A DNA stretch of 63,842 nucleotides, the filler included, from Albugo candida (taxonomy: Eukaryota), in NCBI GenBank assembly GCA_040437565.1. It is 19 parts of 19 records of this genome, joined end to end, with 100 filler letters (N's around TTAATTAATTAA, not from the genome) between each part and the next. Parts side by side here need not be neighbours in the genome. Positions count along the whole stretch, not along the records: positions 20,640 to 23,929 come from JBDOQK010000227.1; positions 24,030 to 27,314 come from JBDOQK010000228.1; positions 27,415 to 30,692 come from JBDOQK010000229.1; positions 30,793 to 34,062 come from JBDOQK010000230.1; positions 34,163 to 37,424 come from JBDOQK010000231.1; 14 more parts are not named here. One strand, written 5' to 3'. A program made the translations under genes and the position numbers. A model generated the notes under the pieces. It had not been told where the DNA came from. It did no database searches and was given only the letters and a program-made list of their open reading frames with translations. How positions within the stretch are numbered: the stretch's first letter is position 1; the number at the start of each line of letters is the position of its first letter. This document shows, in pieces, positions 22,153-35,453 of this stretch.

Positions 22153-24029
22153 CAAAAAAATATATCATTTTTCAAACACTATGTAGATGTTAAGTCCCTC
22201 AATACAAAGTGATGTAGTCTACCGTAACTGAACTGTCGCAATTGCTTTTAGACATTAGCTCGAGATCTCATAATTTAAACATTTTGAAGCAAACATGGCT
22301 TGACATAAAGATATAGCGATTGGAAGCAAAGTAAAAGATAAGTTTATTATTAAAAAAGAAGAGTTTTTAGATATGCATATTATAACTGAAATGACAATAC
22401 ACTGGCAGCAAACAAGATCTAACAATGCAAGGTAATCTCTTTGAATGCATACCAATTTTCAACTGGATAGATGCAGGTTAACAGCTTCAAGTGGAATAGA
22501 AGTGATATTCTGTTAGTTGTAGCAAGTCCTCCAAGGCAATTATCGGTAAACATCTAATGAATGCAACAAGCAAAAAGTCTAGAGGATAAGCTGTGTAAAG
22601 GCTAAGTACCAAAATGTTCATCTATATTGTATGTAAAGATCTAATCATTCAATTCGACAAATATTACAAAGTGTATACTTCACATGTTTATTAACTTATT
22701 GAAATAAAGCTGAACGATACGGTGCATTTAATTCTGTTAATTATAAGGTAAAGCATTTAAAATGATGTTGAAAAGAAGAAGGACAAGGGGAAAAAAGTTA
22801 CAAATAAAAAAAATTTACCACTCTATTTACTGGGGTTAACTCCGCGCTAATTTTTTGATTTATGATAATGAGATATGTTCACACTTAAAATATTTGAGCG
22901 GTTATGCTCATAATAATCAATAGACAATAACGAGAGATTTTAAAATGAAGTACTTGTAATATACTTCTCAAATGCACAATAATTACATTTTTTAAAAACA
23001 AGATAATTTGCTTACAGTTTACACATACAAAACACATAAGGCTCTTTACTGCACGACACTTAATGCTCTTCGCCACTTGCTGAGGCTAGATTGTGTAAAT
23101 AAATGTAATTGGATCAAAAGTAAAATGAGTCATAGATTTTTTTTCTCATTTCAACCCCAGAATAATTTACAGGGTCAACGGTACTTTTTTCTCATCCCCC
23201 AAAATTTTTTATTTTTTTCTCTGTAGTCTACCTTTGTATAATGTTGAAAATGTTGCAATCTGTCAAGTAAACGTAACAAGAACTGTAAATAGATTGTAAA
23301 GATAGTATAAAAGTATGTTGTAGTAACATTTTAGTTTTTAAATAGGTCGAATTCGCAAAGTTATGGCCCTTTAAAATTTTTGAATTAACGTAATTACATG
23401 GGAGAACTATTGCCATTTTTTTTTGATTCCAATGCACATTTCATGTGCTTTTTTCCCCTTTTTCTTCTTTCTCTATCAATACTCTATTGTTTAACAGTTG
23501 CCCTGTTGTACTGGTAAGTGAATAACTATTTTTTTTAGCTAATTACTCGAGATTATGGCTTCGACCTTAGTCTACGGTACAACGCTCGATCGTTGTCTAC
23601 GGTGCAACGCTGTACAGGTATCGGCGTTACAACGGTGAACCTCCGTAGGCGGTATAATGCCTACTAGATTTTTCGTTAACTTAATATAATAACCAATAAA
23701 TGCTAAATACTTTTTAAATACTATAACTCTTCTTGTAAACTATGATATTTACTGTTGTTTAATGTGACCTATACATGCTATTTACAATTCTATCTATTCA
23801 GAGGGTTACTACGAAGCAACCCTAACCCTAACTTTTTCAAGCGTGCGTGTAAGTCCGCTGAGCATAATAAGAATTCAACGACTTGATCTTATAAGAAAAG
23901 CATTGCATACTTTTGTTGTTTTGTATAAANNNNNNNNNNNNNNNNNNNNNNNNNNNNNNNNNNNNNNNNNNNNTTAATTAATTAANNNNNNNNNNNNNNN
24001 NNNNNNNNNNNNNNNNNNNNNNNNNNNNN

Positions 24030-24148
24030 TCCTTTAATTTAATACACTTCCTTATCATTACTTTCTTAACAAATAACTAAATCACGTGACACGCTTACCA
24101 AGGATAACATACCACCAAATAACACAGTTATCAAGTACCCCCCCTTTT
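24030..24148 (-). repeat. Polypurine tract and start of 3' LTR of the Ty3/Gypsy element
   Basis: About 30 nt after the integrase stop the minus strand reads AAAAGGGGGGG, then TACT, then TGATAAC. Cut by the contig end. Confidence 0.55.
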
Positions 24149-24177
24149 GAATTCTTGGATAAACGTGGAAACAAAAG

Positions 24178-25512
24178 TCATGGACACAGATTCCTTGCCT
24201 TAGACTCCAACCAGCTTTGTAACTTGACATTAGCATTAGCAATGCCAACTTCAGGAATCATACCTTGCACCGTTTTATCAAACATTTTCAACATGTCACC
24301 ATTCACAGCATGCTTGAGACGAAGACTATTTTCACCAGTTAAGTGGTAAGTACCATTTTGATTCACACGAATAACAGTAAAAGGACCTAACCATTTATCC
24401 GAAAACTTAGTAGTAGGAAGAACATCCTTCATCAAGACTTCATCACCAACTTCAAATTGTTTTCTAAACACCACACGAGAGTCATACCTTTGCTTTGCCT
24501 TAGCCTTACGAGCATCCGACCTCTGACGAGCAATTTCCTTTACTTGAACCATCTTTTCCTTGATTAGTTTCACCCTATCAACGACTTCTTCCTCTTCTTC
24601 ACCAATAACAAAATCAACTCTAGGAGCAACCCAGACAGCAGGGGTACGAAACTCATAACCCATTAATAGATACGACGGAGAGTAACCAGTACTAGCATTC
24701 ACCGTAGAACGGATAACCATCAAGGCAGAGTCGATATACTTGTCCCATTCACCAATATCACTTTCATCACGCGCAATTTTAGCCATAATTGACACCAAGG
24801 TACCATTCAATTTTTCGCACATACCGTTACATTGAGGCCTGTAACTAGTAGTCATAATGTTTTTGCAGCCTAGTTGTTTCAAGAATTCATGGACATAAGT
24901 TGATATAAAATTAGACCCTCTGTCAGACAAACAGTATTGCATCACACCATAATCCTTCACAATAGAGAACAAGAATTTAGCAGTTGTTTCTTCATTTATA
25001 TCCTTAACAGCAACAGCAACAGGCCAGCGAGTCAAGTAGTCAATACCAGTCAATATGTATTTGTTCTTGGATTTAGTAATTTGAAGAGGACCAACAGCAT
25101 CAATACCAATCATGAAAAATGGATGGCGGGGAGTCTTGAAAATAACACCAGGATTACTTCTTAAATTCTTAATTCTAGCGCGGTGTTGACAGGTTTCACA
25201 GGATTTTACTACAGCTGTAACCAATTTTCTTCCGTCATGTACCAAGTAATGTTTAATGACCTTGTCCAGAGTATTCAAAATTCCTAGATGTCCTTCCTTG
25301 TGAATTCTAGTGATAGCTTCAAGAGCATTACCTTCATGTAATAGTTCTCTACCACTCTTCTTTTCCAGTAAGCGACCATCTTCGGCAACCATCAATAATT
25401 TAGCTCTATAGCGGATCCTTCGACATACATCACTTGTAGCATCCTTGGGAAAAGTACCATCAGATAAGTAGTAATAAAGAGACAAATACCAAGCAAGAGA
25501 AATTAAACCCAT
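24178..25512 (-). CDS. Ty3/Gypsy-type integrase in its own ORF
   Basis: HKEGHLG..CETC zinc finger, IGIDAVGPL, IDYLTRW, LSDRGSNF, YRPQCNGMCEKLNGT (DDE) and C-terminal KFSDKWLGPF (GPY/F). First ATG at about 25512. No internal stops. Confidence 0.92.
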   Translation of the reverse strand: MGLISLAWYLSLYYYLSDGTFPKDATSDVCRRIRYRAKLLMVAEDGRLLEKKSGRELLHEGNALEAITRIHKEGHLGILNTLDKVIKHYLVHDGRKLVTAVVKSCETCQHRARIKNLRSNPGVIFKTPRHPFFMIGIDAVGPLQITKSKNKYILTGIDYLTRWPVAVAVKDINEETTAKFLFSIVKDYGVMQYCLSDRGSNFISTYVHEFLKQLGCKNIMTTSYRPQCNGMCEKLNGTLVSIMAKIARDESDIGEWDKYIDSALMVIRSTVNASTGYSPSYLLMGYEFRTPAVWVAPRVDFVIGEEEEEVVDRVKLIKEKMVQVKEIARQRSDARKAKAKQRYDSRVVFRKQFEVGDEVLMKDVLPTTKFSDKWLGPFTVIRVNQNGTYHLTGENSLRLKHAVNGDMLKMFDKTVQGMIPEVGIANANVKLQSWLESKARNLCP

Positions 25513-25990
25513 AATATTTGATTTTAGTACACCAACAACAATAATATCCACCAGTAGATCAGCAACAGCAATTAGAATTATTTTACTTGGATTAAAATAC
25601 ACCAGGGCAATAAGGATAAGTTAAGACCAGGTTCTTGGATCACCAGGGTAGGTTTACTTCAGAATAGATATATAAAGGGATCTTATATAAAAATGTACAG
25701 TAATCAGAGAGAATTAAATTAGATAAATAAAGGATCTTATTTAACGAAGTTAATTTCAACAAGTAGTATTTAAGAATAATAAAGTGGGATTTATTTTATA
25801 AGTATCAATGAATAGAAAAGAGATAAAGATAAAGATAAAAAAAATAGGCTAAAGATACGATAAAAAAAAATTTTGCCTCCAAAAGAGATCATTATTGAAT
25901 GTCCAAATATATAATGTTTTTGAGATTGTTTTTTAAAATTTTGTACTGTTTTTGAAATATTGAATCACCACTACCGTTTCCACAGAAGCT

Positions 25991-27314
25991 TCAGACTATC
26001 TTGATGATATCCCGCACATCACCTTCTTGTAATTCCACGACCTTTCGAGATAGAGGATCCGCTGGATTTAATTTACCAGGCCTAAATTTAAGCACATAAT
26101 CAAAAGACAACAAACAGGCAGCCCATCTAGTTAATTTAGGAGACAACTTCGATTGACCAAATACAGAAAGCAAGCTATGATGATCAGTTACCAAGACAAA
26201 TTTTCTTCCACGCAACCAGTGTTTATACTTGTTTACTGCATAAACTAGAGCCAAAGCCTCCTTGTGATGAATATGCATCTTGACCTCAGTATCAGTAAGC
26301 AATCTAGATCCATATGAAATAACCTCTTCATTTTCAAGACCTTCCATCGAGTCAACTTGAGTTACAACCACAGAAATCGCAAAATCAGAGCTATCACACG
26401 TTACAATTTGTACCTTGTTCTTGTCTGGGTAAGCTAATAGAGGTTTAGAGATTAAAGCCAACCTAATCTTCATAAAGTTTTCTTGACATGTTTCAGACCA
26501 CACAAAATTACTGTTCTTCCTAGTCAAATTACATAGAGGTTTGCACAATTCAGAGTAACCACAGATATACTTGGAAAAGTAATTAGCTAAACCTAAGAAA
26601 GACCGTACCTCAGTAGCATTAGTGGGCTCAGGAAAATCCTTCATTCTTGCAATGTGAGAGTTACTAGGAGAACTGCCTTCCTTTCCAAGAACATGACCTA
26701 AGTATTCTACAGAGTCTTCACCAAAGTGGCACTTCTTCCTTTTTAAGCGGACATCATATTCACGAGCCAAAGAGAGAAACCTTCTTAAGAGCACCTTATG
26801 AGATTCCATATCAGGAGAAACCAAAAGTAAATCATCCAGAAAAATATACAGAGAACCTTCTTCTACCAATTCTTTAAAGATACCATACATAGCATGTTGG
26901 AAACTCGAACAACCAATAGTAATACCCATAGGAAGTTTCTTAAACTTATAGCAGCCCATATGTGTAGTGAACCCAGTGACTTCAGAATTTTCTTCGTCTA
27001 GACCCAGTTGAAAATACCCAGATGCCAGGTCACAACAAGAGAAAACCTTCATTCCAGACACAGCTTCTGTAATTTCTGAAACAGTCGGCACAGCAAAATT
27101 TTCCTTCACGATCATTTCATTCACCTTTCTAAAGTCTACCAGAACACGTTTGTTATTGTCAGACACAGGACCACGCTTGTCAATTAAGAACAATGGAGAA
27201 GTAAAGACACCAGAAGCAGGTTCAATAATACCAAGTTCTATCATTTCTTCAATGTATTTCTTGACCAATTCTTGTTCATGCCAGCCTAGCCTAAAGGGAC
27301 GACACCTTACCGGT
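25991..27314 (-). CDS. Ty3/Gypsy reverse transcriptase-RNase H, 5' truncated
   Basis: RVLVDFRKVN, DLASGYFQ, LPMGI, YIFLDDLL, YLGH, RSFLGLANY, CDSSD, KEALAL, TDHHSL, NPADPLSR. Ends in a stop at 25991. Confidence 0.95.
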
Positions 27315-28890
27315 NNNNNNNNNNNNNNNNNNNNNNNNNNNNNNNNNNNNNNNNNNNNTTAATTAATTAANNNNNNNNNNNNNNNNNNNNNNNNNNNNNN
27401 NNNNNNNNNNNNNNAGGATCTTGAATTCATAAAACGTAATTGGTAAGTGTGTCACACGTCATGTGCAACGTTGGTAGTTGCCCGGAAGATAGAATATGTA
27501 CATCAAGGAAATACTCATAATGGATGCAATTATCTTCGCTTTTCTTTTTAATTCAGAGACAAGAAGGATTCAAGCCTTTTAATATGAAGGGATGCATAAA
27601 GTGAAGGATGCAAATCATAACGTAAAAGATGACTCGGAGCTTATCATATAATGGGATCCATGGTCTTGTACATTTGATTTGTCGTTGCCAAATTACACAA
27701 CCGGCCGAAAGTCAATGTATTTACGGCGTACATATAGATGCCACAAGAAATAGAAAGCATGACCGAAAGTCTTGATAGGTAAGATAGACGACTAGATTTG
27801 ACTATGTCTTTACTTGGAAGGAGCATTGGAGAAAAGCCTAAATTTAATTCTCATCATTTCTGTCACGGATGTCTTCTGTTTTCCATTGACGGAGACCGAT
27901 AGAACGCTCCATTTTTTTTTCGATCATCATCAGCGAGGATTGAGCAATAAGCTTCCAGCCATTGTTCCAAATATGAGAGGGCGCCTGAAGCATCCAAACA
28001 TATCCAGAAGATTCATTCTGGTCAGGGTAAACAAAATTTATTTCCGAGTATTTATTTCGGTCGCTTTCACAATCCAATTGTTCGGACATTGCAATTGTGA
28101 AGTCGACAAAAGCGATGACGAAAGAGATTTTGGTGCAAATAGACCATCTGTTCGTCCCTGAATCCGAGATGAAAGGAGTCAAATAGCTTGGACTTCAAGT
28201 GCCGTTCCTGCTATTTTTGCAGTATTTTGACTGAAAAGAGGCCACACACCCACGGAGATTTTATCTGCCGTGATCTCATATATCGTAAGTTAATTTTTCT
28301 TTCGCGTTACCTCTAGAGCAGATGACATATCGCTATAAGCACGGTGCATAGAGCAAAACCAATTCGGCACTTGTTGCCTTTTCAGGGATGAATATCTTTT
28401 GTGACATGACGTACTCTCTCCAAATAATCTTAGTTTGACTTGTCGGCTGGTTTCGAAACCATCAAGTAAGGTCTCAAAGCCGTACATAGCCGAAGTTTCT
28501 TTACGCCGAACCTTTTTATCGCACAACCAGCACATCCACCTTTTCTAACTGGAAAACACGCCTGGGACAGGGAAACAGATCGCATTTTAAGGAGAATCAA
28601 TATTTTGACGATGGGTAGGAAGGCAATTGCGATGATGAAGATATTGTGGTACAAGACCATAGAAGTATATATCAAAGGATCGTTATATGCTGATTTTAGT
28701 TAGTGATGATGCAACTCTGTTCAAGGAGCGCGAGTACTGGGGTGAAAGGTTGCTGCTATTGGAATAGGCGTAGTTTCATGGAAACTTACTCAGAAGGAAT
28801 TGAAGGTAACAGACACGGAAGGTAACTAGGCTCATAAGCCAAGAATACATTCAGTGCTCCGTTTTCCATCTACTTCTAAGCTTACTAAGA

Positions 28891-30692
28891 GGTTATAAGC
28901 CCAACAGCAAACGACTCGATTCGTCGACAGAAGTTCCCGGAAAGGGATGATGCCGAGACACACGTGCCCACACTGGACACGGTCACTGATCCGTTACAGC
29001 TGCACGAGGAGACTCGGGCGATCTCGAGCGCGTCCGAGTCACAAGAGAGCGCTAGTCGTATTTACGATGTGATCTCTGAGCGGGTAGACCGTCTTGAAAG
29101 ACTCCTCGCAGGTATGGCACAGCAGCAGGTCCGATTCATGGAAAATCAGCTGAAGATGCAAGATCATCTGGGTCGTCGGGCAGAATCTGCGCCCACGTTA
29201 CGCTCCGACCACCCATCTAACGTGTCAAGCGCTTTCACTAATTATATCAGAGCTCAAGACAGTCGAATGAGTATGGGATCACTCGATGAGCCAACACATA
29301 ATTCCGTACTTCCTCAACAAACGCGCATGCCACCGCAAAATCAGCCGCCTTCTAGCCAGCTGCTGCAACAAGAGGAGCAGTATCAGGCAGCAATTCCGTC
29401 GCAGTATATCACGACACTGGAGGCTCATGGATGGAAAATATCAAAGCTTCGGGATCTCGACTGGCCCGGATTTTCAAAATTCACGGGTAAAGAGACATAC
29501 CCGGTGTGGGTGCAGGGAATGTATTTCCTAAAGCGTTTCGGCGCAGCTCGGCTGACGAGCGGAGGTGATCGGCCGGAAGATCATAAGGTCCTCGAAGTGA
29601 GTAGTACGATGAATAGCGCGGCACTAAGGTTCTAAAAGAAAATGTTACCGGTATGGTCGGGGGTGTCGAATAAACTCGAGTACGTCATGAACAGCATGCT
29701 GTTTCTGTATATGACTCCAATACCATCTACGGAAGGTAATGAGATGATGAAGAGTGAAAAGGATAAAGTCAAGACATGGCCTGGCACTACCTCGACCTTT
29801 CTTACATGGCAGAACGGTCAGGTCACTCTGAGAAAATTGTGCTCGAATGTTTGTGCAGGTCGGCACTAGCCCCTTAAGACCGCGATACTAACTCGGCTAA
29901 ATGCGCAGCAGCCTGAGTACCTGGTGCAAGCCGCTGAGCTTGTTGCGTTCGCGATCGACTTCGAGATTAGTATGAGCAAGTTGAAAAGCGAAGGGGGTAG
30001 GGGCCGAGTTGAAAAACCAGACCGTGAGCAAGGAGTTCGGGTACCTCAGTGGTGCTCGAAGACATCAAAGAATGAGCGGAGTCATAAATGTCGTACGGGT
30101 GGGAACAACCAAGTCTCGTATATGTAGTGGTGGCGGCGAGACTGAGCACATCAAAGCCACGTGCCCCAAACGAAAGAGTGATGAAAATGCAACCTCGAGC
30201 TGAGTTGCATTGACCATAGGGACTGGTACGAGTGCTGACTCCAATTTGTGGATTCTGGACATCGCGCTGAGCGTGCATCTAGTGAAAGATGTGATGTTGC
30301 TGAAGAATGTCGTGAGCCTCCTGACAAACAATACGATGGTGCGAGTTGCCAAGGTGGGATCGGTCGAGTTGAGGGCAGTAGTGAATGGCATACAGTTATA
30401 GTCGACATAACCGAGGTTTACTACGCTTAGAATCTTGCTGACAACATCATCAACTATTGTATATTGGAAGAGAGTGTTGCGTTCCTTAATCGAGATGGTA
30501 ATAGAAGCTATTGGTGCGCAAAGCGGAAAATATGAATATTTTTGAAGTAATCCGCCGCAACAACGTCTTAACCAATCGACTTCATGGGCCAGTAAACGAA
30601 GGAGGCACGCATTCGATTGATCGACTCAGCCGATGTACAAGGTTGTAATGAAAAAAAGTGAAGCCGTAAGGGATACAACCTTGCTAGAGTGG
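28891..30692 (+). mobile_element. Decayed Ty1/Copia LTR retrotransposon (gag-protease), oomycete-like
   Basis: Copia-type PBS GGTTATAAGCCC at 28891, gag-like ORF from about 28950, degenerate zinc knuckle (..HIKATCP), protease-like WILDIALSVHLV, VYYA*NLADNII and TLLEW at the contig end. Several stops and frameshifts. Confidence 0.75.
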
Positions 30693-30792
30693 NNNNNNNN
30701 NNNNNNNNNNNNNNNNNNNNNNNNNNNNNNNNNNNNTTAATTAATTAANNNNNNNNNNNNNNNNNNNNNNNNNNNNNNNNNNNNNNNNNNNN

Positions 30793-31200
30793 TTTGAAGA
30801 TTGTTGTGACAATAAAGAGGTCTTTCATCTATCGAGTCCTCTCTTTCAGAGTCTATAGGCTGACGCTGTGTGGCTTTAGCCTTGAAGTATGTCTCTAGCT
30901 TTCTTCAACCACTAGCTGCTTTTTCCTGCGCTGCTCATTTGCGCCGCTTCGCTCTGTCGGAATCTCCAAGGTATCGAGAAGGCCGTTTACAAGCATACTC
31001 AACACTCACAATAATGGTGTCCGTTTGCTCTTCCTCAAAATCATCGAATTCAACTTCTAAATTTGCCTTTATATCGCTCCTAGATTCGATAGTTGAACTT
31101 GATATATTTCCGGCTTTTTTTCGTCTTATAAGCAGCCCGCATAGCTTTCATGTGACGTTGCTGGTTTGATGTTCGAGGCATGCTGCTTAGATCCGCGGGC
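30793..31200 (-). pseudogene. Possible decayed N-terminal fragment of a DNA transposase
   Basis: A stop-interrupted minus frame reads KRPSRYLGDSDRAKRRK*AAQEKAASG*RKLETYF, resembling leader regions of large fungal/oomycete DDE transposases. No catalytic motifs are present. Confidence 0.3.
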
Positions 31201-32971
31201 TGGCAGAAAAAAGAATGTGTTTTGTTGTCAAATAAGCAGGATGGTTGGTATCAAGATGAAATGAGATGGGGAAAAAGCTGTTGGAAAGGTATTGGGGGGT
31301 TTGAATTTACGCGGTTATAGATGACTTGCACTATATTTCAAATATGTATACAAGAATTTAGTGCTTCCCGCAGCATGGAAAGACGCTCGATACATTACCA
31401 AGATCTTCCAGGTTATCTTTATGTGATCGAAGCATCGGATGCCGAAGCATTCCGAAACTGGTGTTCGGCAACGAATTTCTGCAGAGGCGCTTCACTTGTA
31501 TTATCAGAAACTCTATATATGCAACGAGTTCAAGAAGATATGGTCAGATGCGGAGCTCCCTGAAGAAACGGTGGAGCTGAATTTCCGATGCATATATAAA
31601 ATCATTGTTTGGATCAAATTCTAATAGTACACAAACGGTACTAGCTCGTGCTTTAGCTCGAGACATTGCTTCACCATCATGTTGCTTGCAAGCAACAAAA
31701 GCGTTCGATAAATCTGGTACTTGCTGGAAATGCCTGGTCCAAAATATGAAGGACTGGTTGTTTTGGACAGTGTTGAAGCGGAAAGTGTAGAAACAAACCT
31801 GCTTTAGATGTATTTGTTCACTGCAAAATCCATCCTCATCGCCCATGCATAACATGTAGGTTCCAGTTCTTGTGACAATGTCATTTTCAGCGACAGATGC
31901 AATTCAGGAGTCCGACACGTAAATGCTTTAATGCCTTCTCATATTGTTATAACCTGGATGGAACGCGTCGCCGGCAGATCAAATCCTTGTCCTGGCTGTT
32001 TCCTTCTGCGTTACTTGTATCTATCCAGTTGTCGTGCCTGCTTTGAAGAATCAATGAGAACACAACCTATTACACCATTTACATTTTTAGTTGCCTTTGA
32101 TCCAAATAAAAACTCAAAAGCTCTCGATAATTTTAAATGCTCACTGGATCAGTGCGCGGATTTCGATGTCAAGCCGTTCCATTTCTGCGAGTGCGAATTC
32201 GGAACCGGAACGATGAGTCTTGTTCTTAAACGGGATTCGAGTGTATATGACTCATCATTGTTAATTGAAGAAGATGATGCTGCAATGGTGCAAGTCTTCT
32301 AATGGATTCCATACGGCCAATATAGCACAACTTTTGGCGCTTGCGTTGCCTTTTTTGCGCGCAAGCGTAAAGTTGTGGTCGTGTCTGCGACAAAGCAGTA
32401 TGTATGATTGTTGATGGGCGATTCTTTATCAGATTATGGAAGTTGTAATTTCAATTTGAGATTTGGTCTGCGAGTTCGATATGATCAGTTTCTTTGACAG
32501 GTACCGACCAATGATGTGATGGATTACTATAATAAACAGACGAAGTAGAGTGAACATATCTGTATCGAAGGAAAACGGCTCTATAAGACAAAGCGCTCGA
32601 CAAATGCAACCACGAAGACTTTGGTCATTTAGTAATTTCGCGATAGTTTGATACTAAATAAACAAAAGAAATGACAAGACTTGATCCATTCGTTTGATTA
32701 ACAGATAAGTGCGCTGTCACTTCACTGGACCTTATTATCCGAATTTGAAAGGAAACATAAATCTTGTCGATAATTATGACTTATGATACATATTCTTAGA
32801 CGTTCAGTTGAGATTGTCTGTATTACTAGAATTAGACGAAAATGACTTCTCTAAATGCCTAGACTGTAATAAATAACATAAAATACATGCAGATGTGACT
32901 TGAAATGTCACACAAAAGTGAACTTGGCGCAAGCAAGGACCGGTGAGTAGACTAGACCACTCAGACCAGAC

Positions 32972-34062
32972 TTATAACCGCTCACGCCTTCGTATCTTGA
33001 AAAGAGTTGATTTAATGGAGAAATATCGTATAGCTGAACTCGATTGCAATAGGCCAAGCAAAATCGTCTGAAGCTGATCAAGCTGTGCGGGATCATAGCA
33101 CTGCCGTTGATAAAACCAAATATAGGCACTGAATGTGCTATAGATCACCGATATAGCTGATCCTGTTGGTGTTGAAGATGCTTGATCGAATAGTCGTCGA
33201 TTGCGATCTGTCCAGATGAAGTGGATCGTAATGGAAACCAATGAAAACCAAAGATCCTCCAACACCACCCTAAATGGCTTCCACATTTCACGGAGGAGAG
33301 GAAGTCGTAGACACGGAATGTGCGACCACTTAGGTCGAGCTAAAAAGAAAGCTATCTACGATGGAAATTGCTCTTCCTAAATCGTGTATGTCCTACTACT
33401 GTCGAAAAACAGATGCTAATAACTTTCCACCTCACCACAATGCTCCTGTGTGCACAAGATGATTTCCGGATGAGCTTGCTTCATGAACCAGAACCGGGAT
33501 CGCACTGGTAGAATTGAATATGTCAGTCGGAGCTGATTGTCCGAGTAGATTGGTAATAAACGTCCGCGAAGACGTTGAAAACCCTTTGAGAAATCCTTCA
33601 CCCAAGTCGAAGCAGCTGTCCGCTCCTTCTCCGGTAAGTGCAGCAACATTGGGTGCGGCTTATCCGGTGGTTCTGCTTTACGAACAACACAAAAGAGTTG
33701 ATTCCGAGGAATATTTGGGAAGAAAACTTTCTTATCCGAAACTTGAATGTCAAAATGAAACGGGTGAGCTCCGGAAGTGAACGCTCAGGGCACAGCAACA
33801 CACCCTCTGGTTGAGTCGACGAAGAATTTGAGTAGCTTCTACGTACAATCGTCCCAAAAGCTTGGTCGTGGAAACTTCGGCTGAATTGCCACCTGAGTGC
33901 GTACTGGAACGCAAGAAAAACTCCGAAAACGAATCGAACCAAGTTGATCTTCCACCGAACAAGTCACGCAGAGAACGGATACGAAACGCTTGAGCGAACT
34001 GCATCCGAAAAGTACGCGCAGGTTCTGGGACCGATTTCATACATCGACGATGAGCAACAGCA
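32972..34062 (-). mobile_element. 3' part of a decayed L1-like non-LTR retrotransposon ORF2, oomycete-like
   Basis: zf-RVT-type region LPVRSRFWF...ILCTQEHCGEVESY*HLFF followed by LWFSLVSITIHFIWTDRNRRLF. Frameshifted. Confidence 0.75.
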
Positions 34063-35453
34063 NNNNNNNNNNNNNNNNNNNNNNNNNNNNNNNNNNNNNN
34101 NNNNNNTTAATTAATTAANNNNNNNNNNNNNNNNNNNNNNNNNNNNNNNNNNNNNNNNNNNNAAAATAACTTAAAATAAACGAAGTAAGAAATGAGTCTC
34201 TATTATCCTTTATTTTTAGATGGAGAGCTTTCATGGTAAAAGAATAGTGTTCCTTTTTATATCAAATCATATACTTTTAGGAGGAGTTATAATCTTGTAT
34301 TACTAACATATATTTATACAACATATAATAGTCTATTCAGTTATAATACGTGACACAAGTCAGTATATAACTGAATGGCCAGAGTAATTACATTCGATTT
34401 TTATAGAGGAAATACGACACACACCTTTGGAAAGAAGTACTCTTCTAATGACATTATTTTTTAAAAAGTAAAGCCGCCACTTTTACAAACGAAAAATCTT
34501 CTATCTTATAAAAGAGTGGCCGTTTGCAGTTTTGTGTCTAGCCTCTTTTTTATAACAGTTACATAGTGACGCTTCTTTGCAAGCTGATGATGCACATAGT
34601 CGGTAACATCGTCAATTGATTACTTGTAACTAAAAATATATACGCTTAAAGAAGCAGCCGAAATTATTAAATTAAATGGTTGGGCTGCTGTTTTTATTTT
34701 TGATATTTAGGGGCGAACCTTGCGATACCTAAATAGTATATATAAATGATGTTGAGATATTTATGCAAATAAGATGAGGGACGAGGAGAGCATGTATACT
34801 GCGTGATAAAAAGTAGAATGTATATTACAAAATATGTAGCATAATAGTTTTATTAGAAGTGTGAAATTATCTTGTGATAATGAAATATTATTTGCATATT
34901 AAATTTCACATCTAAATAAAGGATGGTTTAATATAAATAACATGAAAATAATAAGAGATGTTTCTTCTTCTTCTTATTTATTAACACTTAACACTACTTA
35001 ATCAGATGCTGCTTAACAATATCATGCAAACCTATTAGGGTGACCAAAGATAGTAGTCACCCACCACAACAAATAACAAATGGACCACTAATGTTTTTTT
35101 GAAGAGACACATTTATTAAAAACTGAAATGCCTTATTATATGATTTTGTATAATACATAATAAGTAGTTAATAAAGGCTTCTTAAAGAAAAAGAAGCTGT
35201 TAATAAAGAATCAGTTAATATAAGATTACTATGTATTTTGTGATTTTATTGTTTGAAAGATCATTTCTTTAATTAGGAAGAATTTAATAGTATATAACGG
35301 CAAAAAAGAAAGCTTTATGTAAAAAAAAGTATAATAAATGCAAAAAAAAAAAAAAAAAAAAAAAAAGAATGGCTTTTTTATAGAAGACCAAGAAAGAGAA
35401 AGGTATTTAAAATGATCTACTGTAATACAGCTAGTAAACTATGTACTTCATCA

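Noticed and set aside
23818-23832. Telomere
   Set aside because: Only about 2.5 CCCTAA units and internal to the contig.
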